NCBI GenBank assembly: GCA_003427395.1 | Contig: BFEA01000023.1 | Coordinates: 2,272,790 to 2,336,692 of the forward strand | Reading direction: 5' to 3' | DNA from: Chara braunii | Lineage: Eukaryota > Plantae > Charophyceae | Length of the DNA: 63,903 nt | In this document: piece by piece, positions 39,175 to 50,844 of the stretch | Position numbering within the stretch: the stretch's first letter is position 1 | Layout: the number at the start of each line of letters is the position of its first letter | Program-made: the position numbers and the translations under genes | The notes under the pieces: generated by a model | The model's input: only the letters and a program-made list of their open reading frames with translations | Databases searched by the model: none | Told to the model about the DNA's origin: nothing

Positions 39175-39635
39175 CAGTGTTGCATACCCCGACGGTCGGC
39201 GCCCTTGACTGGTCGGCTGCCGACCAGCCGACCGGTCAGCTGATCGGCACCTACCATCTACCGGTCGGGGGTCGTCGACACCCCGCAAACCCCCAATAAC
39301 CCTGCCAACACCGCCATACCCGCCCCCAATACCCCCGTACAATACCCCAACACCCCCAAACCGCCCCCCAACATCCTCATACCCCCCCTCAATACCCCCT
39401 ACACCACCCCTATATCCCCCTATACCCCCCTATACCCCGCCCCCACACCCCAAACCGCCACATACCCCCCCTCATCCCCAAAAGTTTCTCAGCGGATATG
39501 GGCTGTACTGACTGGTCGGCCCTACTGGTCTCCCCAACTCAGATTGAAAAAAAATCAGTGGATGGCTGTTTTCTGACTGGTCGGCCCTACTGGTCGGCTG
39601 CAAAACGGTCGGCTGTCGGCAGGTATGCAACCCTG
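39175..39635. mobile_element. hAT-type non-autonomous element
   Basis: TIRs cagtgttgcatacc / ggtatgcaaccctg; 8-bp TSD aagtggag/aaggggag; ggtcggc subterminal repeats. Confidence 0.82.
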
Positions 39636-40141
39636 AAGGGGAGGGAAAAAACAAAGAGTGGAGGAGGTAGGAGGCGGACAACTGTACTAGGAGGAGGACA
39701 CAAACAGGATGAGAAGAGGAGAGGAGGACACCGGGAGGTAAGTGCAGCCCGATAAACTTTGTGTGAAGCCTGTGAGGGCCTCAATGCCACACATCGTTTT
39801 GGGGCCCGCAGGCATCCTAGTGTCCATGCCAGTGAACCCCAATTGTTTCGGGTGGGTGCAATGCGGCTGTGTGAAAGTGAGCAAAGCGTGCGCCAGCAAG
39901 TATGCTTAACCATCTTGGTCTTCATGGCACACACCACTTCTGTTCTCGGGGGATGGAAATGAAGAACTTATAATGGCTGTGCCCTCAGTCTTCTTTGTCA
40001 ACTGCACTTCTAGTCTTCGAGAGTTCTGCAGAATAATTTCTACCAACATTTGCTTCCTGAGTTGCTCATGCGCACATATTTTTTTTGCTTGTTAATGCTT
40101 TGCAGCTCTTGTGGTCTGTGCACTGCTCTCTGCTTACTGTT

Positions 40142-40197
<56 letters not shown>

Positions 40198-40887
40198 NNN
40201 NNNNNNNNNNNNNNNNNNNNNNNNNNNNNNNNNNNNNNNNNNNNNNNNNNNNNNNNNNNNNNNNNNNNNNNNNNNNNNNNNNNNNNNNNNNNNNNNNNNN
40301 NNNNNNNNNNNNNNNNNNNNNNNNNNNNNNNNNNNNNCCCCCCCTGGTGTCTCTCTCTGTGTCTCTGTGTGTCTCTCTCTGTGTCTGTCTCTCTGTCTTC
40401 ATGTAGTCTTGATGGTCTTCTTGTGCGGGCCGCCTGGAGATCTGGATGATGGACGAAACCTTGTCGATTTTGCTTGTGCACCTAAAATGCAAGGTGCAGC
40501 CACTCCATGGAATCTGTGCATGTGCCCCTTCTGTTGGAAGGTGGAACTGCTTTTTTCTCTCAGGGAGAGCTCTGACCGTGAGTCTAAGCGATGTTTGATC
40601 TGCTTGAACGTACTCAAGGTAAACTTGACAGCCTGGTAATGCGTTGAGTGAGCCTGTGTTAGTAGTATGTCGCAGCTTGCTTTCTAGAAGGGGGAGGGAG
40701 GGGGGTGTCTGTCATTGTGTACTCCTCGATGCGAAGGGTATTTTACTCTGTTTCCATAGGTATATATTACCTGACGGTCCCAGAGGCTGCAGGAAAGCCC
40801 ATCCGGCTGGAAATGCCATTCGATGCGCTTTGCCAAAAAACTTCCTGAGGCAGGAGGGGAGGACGTCTGGCTGGGAACGAGATGTGC

Positions 40888-40988
40888 TGTCCTTCGGGGC
40901 GTCCGTTAAAATTGGAACGATACAGGGAAAGAAGATGAGCATGGGCCCTGCACAAGCATGGTATGCATAGATCAAGAAACATTCCAAA
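40888..40988 (+). pseudogene. U6: Degenerate U6 snRNA copy
   Basis: tgtccttcggggcgtccgttaaaattggaacgatacag...gaagatgagcatgggccctgcacaag. Confidence 0.85.
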
Positions 40989-41309
40989 AGATCGTGTAGT
41001 ATTTGTTCTGGTCAGTTCAATATGTGATCCATGGTCCATTGGGTACAAAAAAGAAAAATAAAACAGAAATAGAAAAAGAAAGGAGATGTGTGTCATCTGG
41101 CAAGATACTAAATGGTGAGCTAGGCTTCCGGTGCCGCCCTGCCTGGCCGGCACTGCCGTGGACCTGTGCTGCCTTTTTTTTAATGTTTGTTTTCTTCTCT
41201 CTTTTTTTTGGTGCTGGGCCTCTGCTGCGCCTGCAGATATCTTCACGAAGCTTCCATGTTTGCACTTGTTGGCCACACTAGTATTTCGCGAGTGGCAAGG
41301 GGGGGGGGG

Positions 41310-41880
41310 GGGGGTTGGGTGGGGTCTCTCTGACTCCAAGTGTTGGGGACGGGAGTGGGAGGTGGCAGGAGTGACGTCCGATATGGCGGAAGGGAGGTTG
41401 GAGATGACGGAAGGGAGGTGGGAGGTGGGAGGTGGCGAGAGTAAGGTGAGAGATGACGGAAGGGAGGTAAGAGGTGGCGGGAAAAGAGGTGGGAGGTGGT
41501 GGGATGGATGTTAAAGATGGCGGGAGTGAGGTTGGGGATGGTGGAAGGGAGGTGGGAGATGGCGGAAGGGAGGTTGGGGATGTCGGGAGAGAGGGAGGGT
41601 TGGGTGGGGTCTCTCTGACTCCAAGTGTTGGGGGCGGGAGTGGGAGGTGGCAGGAGTGACGTCCGATATGGCGGAAGGGAGGTTGGAGATGACGGAAGGG
41701 AGGTGGAGGTGGGAGGTGGCGAGAGTAAGGTGAGAGATGACGGAAGGGAGGTAAGAGGTGGCGGGAAAAGAGGTGGGAGGTGGTGGGATGGACGTTAAAG
41801 ATGGCGGGAGTGAGGTTGGGGATGGTGGAAGGGAGGTGGGAGATGGCGGAAGGGAGGTGGGGGATGTCGGGAGGGAGGTT
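41310..41880. repeat. ~290-bp purine-rich tandem duplication
   Basis: gggttgggtggggtctctctgactccaagtg... repeated near 41312 and 41597. Confidence 0.85.
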
Positions 41881-42753
41881 GCCCCGGTGTCCCTGAAATT
41901 GGCCCCCCAAGACATGCGCGCTGAGGCCACACGGGGCCTGACCGGGGGACCCACACGGCCGTGCGCCCATGCGGGGCATCCATGCGTGTCGCGGGGGCCT
42001 GTGGGGATGGAAATGAAGCCTAGGTAGTGAGAGAGTAGATGTCTGTCATCTGGCAAGAAACTTAGTGAGCGAGTACTTCTTCAGCTTCCCAATGATTGGA
42101 TGATAGTGCAGATTGCACTTCTCTCTCACTGGTGGCAGCGCTGCAGGCAATTCATTAGGGCCAGGCCGCACGGTTCGCGTAACTCGTGCTTAGAAAGCAC
42201 GAACCTGCCCACTAAAACGCCCAGATTCATGCTAGCATAGCATGAACACAGCACAGGTGCCCTTAGTCTGGTTTCCGGTTGGATCTCTGTGTAATCTCGA
42301 GCAAAGACATAATAAGATGAAAGAATCTGGTTCTGGTTGGCATGCTTAATATCAATCTGGAAGTGCAAGAGGGTGGCTGCCACACCCAAATGCACACATC
42401 AAGCCAAGACTTCTACTGCCAAATTGCTGAATATATCAGTGTCCGGAACTGTGTTACAGCCCACTGTGATCATCGCGAACCTTCATCGTTTGAAAGTTGC
42501 GATACGTCCGCTCCTAACAATCGCCACATCGTGATGCTAGCACGATGCTAGCATACACCAAAATTGTTTGAGCTGCGAGGTGATGGCTCCTTGTTATCAG
42601 TATGCCGCACAACAGCATATTGCTAGCGTTCATTCTGAGCCAGAATCAAACTCTGTTTTTTTTTAATTTTATTATGGCCTAATTTCTGGAATGTAGGATT
42701 TGAAACGACAACAATGAGTTTACCAGTTCCAGTCAATCCAATCTTAGTTAGCG

Positions 42754-42848
42754 ACCCGAATAGAACGCCCGGTCATTATAGATGTATTTGGTGGAACTTT
42801 TAAGTCTAGATGCAGTGATAATGACCGGGCGTTCTATTCAGGTGAAGA
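42754..42848. mobile_element. Hairpin MITE copy (ends eroded)
   Basis: acccgaatagaacgcccggtcattat / ataatgaccgggcgttctattcaggt. Confidence 0.8.
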
Positions 42849-42964
42849 GTCTGAAGACCATAGTTGAACTACCAATTGAACAGAACAAGGTGGGAATGGA
42901 AGTTTTTTTTTTGGTTGTTTTGTTGTTTCTTTTCCAATGTTAAAGTTTTGCCCTCATGCCAAAC

Positions 42965-43052
42965 ATACCTTTCTCGGCCTTTTGGCTCCGATCAAGTGTA
43001 GTCTCTGTTCTAAACAGTTCAATATCTGATCCGTAGTCCATCAGGCCACATT
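42965..43052 (+). pseudogene. U2: U2 snRNA 5' fragment (3'-truncated, mutated)
   Basis: ATACCTTTCTCGGCCTTTTGGCT..GATCAAGTGTAGT.TCTGTTCT...CAGTT.AATATCTGAT is the plant U2 5' end; the GTAGTA branch-pairing box is mutated. Confidence 0.9.
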
Positions 43053-43326
43053 TTTCAAAGATCAGTGGCAGTTTTTGTCCAATTTGAAGGAACAGCAGTG
43101 CAAGGAATGTACTGTTCTTTCATTTTCTGCTGTTTGTTGTGTGGGCTGTCACACAGAGAGTAATGCAATTGGTAGAGGGAATAAAGGTCATAGCATAGCA
43201 ACAAGTCAGCAACCGTAGGCTCATGCATGGATGTCGTCCTGGGCGGATTGTCGAATCTGTGAAGTCCATCAGTTGATTGTGATGGAATGATTCTTTGAGT
43301 TTCAGTGTCGAAGAAGAAGAAGAAGC

Positions 43327-43449
43327 ATATATATACGTCAAACAGAGCTGCCCGGTAAACCGTAGGCAGAGAGGGAGAAGAGGACAACGAACGAGGGGCT
43401 GTGACAAACTGTTTCGTCGGAGTTTCACCAACTCATCAGGAAGGCTGAA
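43327..43449 (-). mobile_element. Hammerhead-family repeat, 5'-truncated, inverted relative to the 43517 copy
   Basis: Reverse complement ttcagccttcCTGATGAgttggtgaaactccgacGAAAcagtttgtcacagcccctcg...gtttgacgtatatata. Confidence 0.85.
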
Positions 43450-43516
43450 GCATATATTATCCACAGCCGGGGTTAAGGTGGATTATCACTTACGGTGTAA
43501 TCAGTTAGGGGATTCT

Positions 43517-43576
43517 GCAGACTGTTGAGGGTTCAGCCTCCTGATGAGTCGGTGAAACTCCGACGAAACAGTTTGC
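43517..43576 (+). ncRNA. Type III hammerhead ribozyme
   Basis: Stem III gcagactgt/acagtttgc (9 bp); GUU cleavage triplet; stem I gagg/cctc; CUGAUGA; stem II gtcgg/ccgac; GAAA. Confidence 0.88.
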
Positions 43577-44400
43577 CACAGCCCCTCGTTTGTTTTCCTC
43601 TTCTCCCTCTCTGCCTACGGTTTACCGGGCAGCTCTGTTTGACTATTATATATATATATATGGTGTTCCTGACACTCACTGATTTGATGGATTTCCAAAT
43701 TTCTGCGATTCTCGCCGATTCATGGTTTTCTTTGAGCAGCAGCTAATTGTATGATTCTTAGAGTTTGCAGTTGTTGCAACTTCTCCAGTCTTTTCGGCGA
43801 AGAAAGAGAGGGAAAACACTGCAAAACAGTGCGATGGTACGCCGCGGAGTCCGCACCCAGTTATTCAATGCATGGATGTGCACTGAGTAATAGAATAAGA
43901 AGTATGCTCAGTCGATGGTGTCCGTTCAAGGCATCGAGATGGCATCCATTGAAGACTCGATGCCATGTTTTCAACATTGGTAATGTACTAGTTCGGGGTG
44001 GAAAAAAAAAAAGAAGGGGGAAAAAAAGTAAGGCGCTGACTTTCTGACTGACCACTGCGCACTCACTTCAAGATTTGAATACTTGGATTGGATATGCTTC
44101 CACATCTTCTCCTGCACGACTGCATTTCGATTTGCTTCTACATCCTCTCGTGGAGGACTGAATGGCTGATGAGCTGATGCTATATCTCTTGAACCTCACA
44201 TTTGTCTGGAAAAGAATAAGAATAAGTAAATTGAAACCTGGGTGAGGGTTTTCCCACCACCCGCTCCTTTTTGCGCATTTTATCTGTGAATCTCTTCCCG
44301 TGGCTGTGAAGTTCTTCCCGTGGCCTTGGTGCAAGTACTGAGAAGGGAAGCGGGTGATTGATTCATTTGACTAAGGACACACTCACACTAGGACTCGGTG

Positions 44401-44649
44401 CACTCAGATCTGGACGTGATTGCGGTTAGATGCATTCAAGTCTGGAGGTAATTGCAGCCAGGTACACTTAAGAAAAGTGCGAGTGTGAGTATGCCCTAAT
44501 TTGTGCCAGCTTGCCAAGTAGGACTTTCTGCCCTCAGCTCTGGACGTGATTGCGGTTAGATGCACTCAGGTCTGGACGTAATTGCAGCCAGGTACATTCA
44601 GAAAAGTGCTAGTGTGAGTATGCCCTAATTCATGCCAACTTGGCCAGTA
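44401..44649 (+). repeat. ~130-bp tandem duplication
   Basis: tctggacgtgattgcggttagatgca...gagtatgccctaat occurs twice. Confidence 0.85.
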
Positions 44650-45072
44650 TATATCCTGAGCACCAACCGGGCAGTGGCCACTGTGAAAGTCTGTGCATTA
44701 CATTTTCACGTCTTTTTTTTGCACTAAATTAGCAACGCTGAACTGTGATAGCACTTTTTACGACCGTCTAGGCTCGATTCGTGATATTAGGTTGGGGGAA
44801 GGAAGGCGTCAAAGGGGTGGATTTTGGCGTTCGGGGGTGCAGGTGGGGGGTGGTGGGAGATGGACGATAGAGATTGGTGGGTGGTGCTCTGCGGGGAGAT
44901 GTTATGTAAGGCGTGGGCTTGCCATATCGTTTTTTCACTTGTAGTGGTAGTTCCTGGCAAGTGGTTTTGAAATTCTTGATGATTGGCTGAGTGCTTTGTT
45001 GCGATTGTTCCCTTCACACCCTTGTCCCTTGTCTTCCATGTCTGTCTGGACCTCCGTTTTCGTTTTCTTTTG

Positions 45073-45822
45073 TTTTTTCCTCTCCGTTTTTAGTCCTCAT
45101 GTTTGTCCGACTTTTCGTTATGTCTGTCGCCGTCTTCGGCTTTGTATTTTTTTTTTTTAATCTTTGTATTCAAGTTTTGCAATTGATCTTTGTACTTGTC
45201 TCGGCAAGCGTCCTCGTCTTTGTCATTGTTCTTTGCCTTTCTCTTCAGATTCACCTTCACGTCTGTTCTCGTCTTCTCCATCTTTCTCGACAAAGCACTA
45301 GCAGCACCATAGCCATCGAAATGGCCACCTCTTTTGGTTTTTCCTCTCCGTTTTTCGTCCTCATGTTTGTCCGACTTTTCGTTATGTCTGTCGCCGTCTT
45401 CGGCTTTGTATTTTTTTTTCAATCTTTGTATTCAAGTTTTGCAATTGATCTTTGTACTTGTCTCGGCAAGCATCCTCGTCTTTGTCATTGTTCTTTGCCT
45501 TTCTCTTCAGATTCACCTGCACATCCGTTCTCGTCTTCTCCATCTTCTTGACAAAGCACTAGCAGCACCATAGCCATCAAAATGGCCACCTCCCATACGG
45601 AAGTCGCCGTCTTCGGCTTTGTATTTTTTTTTTTAATCTTTGTATTCAAGTTTTGCAATTGATCTTTGTACTTGTCTCGGCAAGCATCCTCGTCTTTGTT
45701 CTTTACCTTTCTCTTCAGATTCACCTTCATGTCCGTTCTCGTCTTCTCCATCTTTCTTGACAAAGCACTAGCAGCACCATAGCCATCGAAATGGCCACCT
45801 CCCATACGGAAGCCGCCGTCTT
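45073..45822 (+). repeat. Three tandem copies of a ~230-260-bp pyrimidine-rich unit
   Basis: gtcgccgtcttcggctttgta...acaaagcactagcagcaccatagccatc occurs three times. Confidence 0.9.
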
Positions 45823-46254
45823 CCCAGTTGCTCACGCAACCCCCTCCCAGCGGCAGTGCTCCGGATCCTGGTGCAGGGACCTCAGAACCACTCCAGCGTA
45901 AAGTGTAGAGTGTAGCCTTCCATGGATGAGCAGGGTTCTCTACTGGGCACTCGTTGGGGGCTGGTAGTGGAGGGAGGTGCTTTTGACATCTACATGATGG
46001 CATTGTACTACAGGGCCTAGTACAGGCTTCTCTTCTTTTTTTCTTTACAGGCTTTTGATTTACTTATACGAGGTGGTTCGACTCTCTCAATGGTCAACAG
46101 TAGGGGTCGGCGTCGTTGAGAACGTGTGGAAACCTGCCCTTCTGATTGTTTTCACTTTTCAGGGCATTTTTTTAATTCTGCTGTGTTACTGGACATGCTT
46201 GGCCTGGCGTCCCAAGCTGGATGCCCACGCGGGATGGCCCGGGTGAGACCCAGG

Positions 46255-46510
46255 TTCTCTCCCCCACCCTCTCCCCTCCCAGATTCTCTCCCCCACCCTC
46301 TCTCCTGCCAGATTCTCTCCCCCACCCTCTCCCTTCCCGTATTCTCTTCCCCACGCTCTCCCCTCCCAGATTCTCTCCTAGACCCTCTTCCCACCCAGAA
46401 TCTCTCCCCCACCCTCTCCCCTCCCAGATTCTCTCCTCGACCCTCTCCCCACCCAGAATCTCTCCCCCACCCTCTCCCCTCCCAGAATCTCTCCCCCACC
46501 CTCTCCCCTA
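46255..46510. repeat. ~29-bp C-rich minisatellite
   Basis: ctctcccccaccctctcccctcccagatt repeated. Confidence 0.85.
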
Positions 46511-46840
46511 ATGGCGGGCTGTGACCGCACCACCTGAGAGCATGCAGAAACTGCAGAGTTCTATATGAAACGAGGTGGTTGAGTTTTGGGGGTGTGGGAG
46601 GTTGCCCGGGGGGGGGGCGGGGATGGTTGGGCGATGACCGAGGGGAGGAGATGCAGTTGGGGAAACACATCACAATAGCGGCAGATGGGGGAAGATTGAT
46701 CAGGAAGGGGGCCAGGACAACACATTGCCATGAGTGAGAGGTGGGAGTAGTAGTTGGGGAGATGGCTTGGCATAAAAGCATTGCGCTTTTTAGTGTTGGT
46801 TTTCAGTGAAACGTTTTTCTTTTTTTTTTATAAAGAATAA

Positions 46841-46990
46841 TAAAGGGCGACGGCCTTGAGATATCATCAATGAACAGACTGGCCCCAGGTAATTCAGCCT
46901 GATTTGGTTCTGTTTGTCTGATTGCATCTGGGTTCGAACTTGAGTCTGTATTTCAACACCTCATGGGTGTACCAAGTGAGCTACACGCCC
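46841..46990 (-). mobile_element. tRNA-derived SINE
   Basis: Minus strand A box tagctcacttggta, B box gttcgaaccc, A-rich tail. Confidence 0.78.
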
Positions 46991-47072
46991 GTGAGTTTTC
47001 TGTGAACCGTCGTCCTTGTACTGTTTACCTCGTTTATCAGTTATCCCTGTTGTTGATGATCGTGATGTGCAG

Positions 47073-47271
47073 GCGCGTACCGTGATGCAAGCAGCGATTC
47101 AACATCTTCGTCAAAGACGCCATCATCAGGAACTGCATTTGCCTCTATGTCTGCTTCGGTGTCGACGCTAGAGAAGGAGGCAGAAGACGAGGACGCGTCC
47201 CTCGGACAAGAAGAAGAAGAAGAACGATCTAAGCCAGACAACATTCTCGGCACAATCGCCGAGGCAGCCAA
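47073..47271 (+). CDS. dnaJ: Probable DnaJ exon 10 (Ser-rich and acidic C-terminal extension)
   Basis: tgtgcag acceptor, phase-compatible with exon 9; encodes ...EKEAEDED...EEEEERSKPDNILGTIAEAA, resembling my recollection of the acidic tail of DJA7-type proteins; donor aa|gtatgt. Confidence 0.65.
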
Positions 47272-48395
47272 GTATGTTATGCAAGGCCCACTTTTCCCCA
47301 ACCCAACCTCTGGTCTTCAGTCTTACTCGGCTTTCTTTGGTTCATTTTTCCAGCTACAGAAACAAAAAGAACACTTTTGTGACTGCCAGAGCTTTGTCCC
47401 AACCCAAGAGGGCAAGAGGGATACTGATAGGGAGGGGGGCGAGGATTGAAACTGCTTCTTCTGCACTCAGTCCATATGTGCATCAGCGAATAGATCGACT
47501 TTACTCCAGAACCGCTAGAGAAAGGGAGGGGACGAGGGGAGGAGTGAAACTGGTTCTTCTGTGGCGAGGGCATCTGTGTGATTAGTGGTAAGATTGACTC
47601 CGCTTGAGAGCAGTGGGTTAGTCATGCAGGTGTTGCTCGCGATGGACCTGGCATGCTGTAGCCGAAGACGACCATCTAAACGGAGCGGTGATGTGACGAG
47701 GCAGAGGCAGAGCAGCGAGGCTGGGAGAGAGATGGAGAGAGAGAGCACAAACACACGCTCACTCAACTCGACGCAGACTCGACACGACTTGACGGACGCA
47801 GACACAAAGTCGCAAAGTCGCAGTCTTGAATTCCCGAACACAATGTTGAAGCAAAGTCACACTGAAGACAAGCACGGAGGCTGAAAACTGGTTGCCCGCA
47901 CTGGCCTTGAGTCCGGTCTTAAGTACCGGACTCAGGTATGGTCCTGAGGGCGAAAGTGCAAATGCCTCAGGGCCAACACTGAAAATCGGAAGTCTGAGAG
48001 TGGGCGCCAGAATGTCGGATGATACCGAGTGTCCGAAATCCGAAAGTCCTAAAAGAGGGATTTTGAAAACGGGCACCAGAATGCAGATGGCGCCAACTGT
48101 CTGAAATCAGAAAAGCAAAAACAAAGAAAAAGAAAAACAAGAAAATCATAAAAACAAAAAAAAAAGAATAAATACAGCAAGCTGGCGGGTGGTAACCCGT
48201 AGACCAGGGCTCGAGCCCTGACGGAGTCCGTAACAGGTGATATACTGCGGGTTATGCACGCACGACAGCCGCATGTAAACCATGGGCCCAGGGCTGCTCA
48301 AGGCTTAGCTATAAGCTGCGTCAGCAGACTTGTATGCAATACAAACTTGTCCTTTTTTTTTTTTTTTAACCTCTTTTTTTTTTTAATGTCGTTCA

Positions 48396-48463
48396 ACTGG
48401 ATTTGATTTTTGAGCTCAGGTCTGTATTTCAACAGTTCAAGGGTGTACCAACTGAACTAGGCC
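48396..48463 (-). mobile_element. tRNA-derived SINE head (partial)
   Basis: Reverse complement ggcctagttcagttggtacaccc...gttgaaatacagacc. Confidence 0.65.
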
Positions 48464-48994
48464 AGTCGGTACAAATCAAACTTTCCTCCTATCGCTGGTG
48501 ATATACCAAAGCCGCTTAGGGTCTCTTTGTGTTGTGGAGCGCACAGCTCTGAGGAGCTGCATGTGCCTTGTTGTTTGGCATTTCCCTTCTTTTTTGTCAG
48601 TTTGTGAGTTTCTTTGTCAAGAGACTGATCTCGCCTCGCCTCGCCTTGTTAGAAGTGGAATAACGCCATCGACATGAGAGGTTTTTCAGTTGCCCTGAGG
48701 TCGGTGGAAAGTTTGGAATTGGGAAAAAAGCAGAGTAAAAGGAACTCTGATGTGATTTGAGGGCCTGACAGAGTTGAGATGCAGTAGCTTCAGAAATGTG
48801 GTCAACCATCAATGAAGATATGAAAGCACTAGTACCTTTGTCGGTTCGGGAAATAGTGGCCCTCCGACTTCAGGAGGCGGAAACGAAACGACGGCCGCCG
48901 ATCAGATTTATCAACGGCAGTCGTTGTCGGGCCCGGCCTCCTTAAAGTTCGGTACTAGGCTAAAACTTGTCAAAACCGGATGGCAAAGGTACTA

Positions 48995-49099
48995 CCGTCT
49001 TCACCCGAATAGAACTCCCGGTCATTGTTGCTGCATCTGGACTGAAAGTTGGGCAAAATGCAGCTATATTGACCGGGCGTTCTATTCGGGTGAAGACAG
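48995..49099. mobile_element. 105-bp hairpin MITE (TA TSD)
   Basis: ta-ccgtcttcacccgaatagaac...gttctattcgggtgaagacag-ta. Confidence 0.85.
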
Positions 49100-50344
49100 T
49101 AGTGGTTTAACGCATTGGAACCTCTGCGGAAGGATGCATTATTACATCCGCTTCGCAGATGCTTTTTTTTTTTTCTAGTAGCAATCTCTGGTGCACGATC
49201 AGAAGCAGTGAAACTGAGATCTGAATTGGAATTGTTCCTTAGGGACAAACTGCAATCAACACTGTTGAGGTCACCATCAATTGAGCTTGCTCATCGCAAC
49301 ATGGCACCTTTTTGTAGGAAAGGAAACTGAGTTGAGGTACGTAGAGATTTGAACACGCGACCATCGACCTGTAGTCTGGTGTTTGCTGAAGGCATCATGG
49401 TCCCTTACTTCCTTAGCGCGGTATAGGGTGGTGATGTGTGGTACCCAAAGCTTCAAAGTTTCAAAGTTCAAAGTTCAAACCCAACACAAGACCGTCGTAT
49501 GTTAGGCTAGCGAGTCCGTAGTTCATCCGCATGGAGCCAGAATGCCCCTTTGCATGCGCACCAGTACATTGAAGCAGGTCCCTGTTTGAAGGCCCGAAGA
49601 CCCTATTTTGCCAAATCAGACTGTTCTGGTGTGGCATACTCAGATCCACATGGGCCCGCAACGCCCGACAGTAGGGTTAGGGGTTTCGTAGGGTTTAGGG
49701 CCTGTGTCACCCGTAGGACCCAGTAGGCCACCCTCTCGTTTTTGCCATCTTCCCACTTTTGGCATCGACCAGACCTTATGCAAAACCAGGTTACCACTTT
49801 TGGCTTCTACCAGACCTTATGCAAATTGGCACCGGACTTTTCATTTTTTCGTCTGGTTCCTACTTTCTGCGAATGGGTGCCAGAATTTTTGTATTTTCGC
49901 CTGGCCCCTACTTTTTGGCATTTTCGTTTTTGGCGCCAGAACGGACTTCTGTTCTTGGCGCCAGAACAGTTTTTCTTTCGACCAGACTGTTTCCTTTCAA
50001 CCTAGGACACTAGGCCCAGCGTATATATGTAGCTGGGTCGACCTCATTTGTAGGCAGGTAGTTCTCGAGGTAGTTCTTCAGGCAGTTCACTGAGGTAGTG
50101 CTAGGCGCTTCTCAGTGGTAGCTCTGAGGTAGTAGCGAGTAGTCTTCAGTAGTTGACGCGCTGGGCGCAGTTAGAGTAGTCTACAGCGCTGGGCACGAGC
50201 TAGGAGTCGGAGCACTGCGTGAGAGAGACGGGCCGAGGCCAGGAGGACTTACCTGCGACGCCATAACTCCAGCTTCGTCTTCAGGACATCCACACCTGCA
50301 TCAAGGCGGCACCTTTCTGCAGGTTAGTACCTGACATAGATGCA

Positions 50345-50428
<84 letters not shown>

Positions 50429-50778
50429 NNNNNNNNNNNNNNNNNNNNNNNNNNNNNNNNNNNNNNNNNNNNNNNNNNNNNNNNNNNNNNNNNNNNNNNN
50501 NNNNNNNNNNNNNNNNNNNNNNNNNNNNNNNNNNNNNNNNNNNNNNNNNNNNNNNNNNNNNNNNNNNNNNNNNNNNNNNNNNNNNNNNNNNNNNNNNNNN
50601 NNNNNNNNNNNNNNNNNNNNNNNNNNNNNNNNNNNNNNNNNNNNNNNNNNNNNNNNNNNNNNNNNNNNNNNNNNNNNNNNNNNNNNNNNNNNNNNNNNNN
50701 NNNNNNNNNNNNNNNNNNNNNNNNNNNNNNNNNNNNNNNNNNNNNNNNNNNNNNNNNNNNNNNNNNNNNNNNNNNNNN

Positions 50779-50844
<66 letters not shown>

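Noticed and set aside
42965-43052. U2 gene split by a U2-targeting Tx1-type element
   Set aside because: No LINE sequence adjoins the breakpoint and the U2 3' half is not seen
49672-49700. Telomere-like tagggttag/gggtttaggg
   Set aside because: Only one true TTTAGGG unit; too short to call an interstitial telomere
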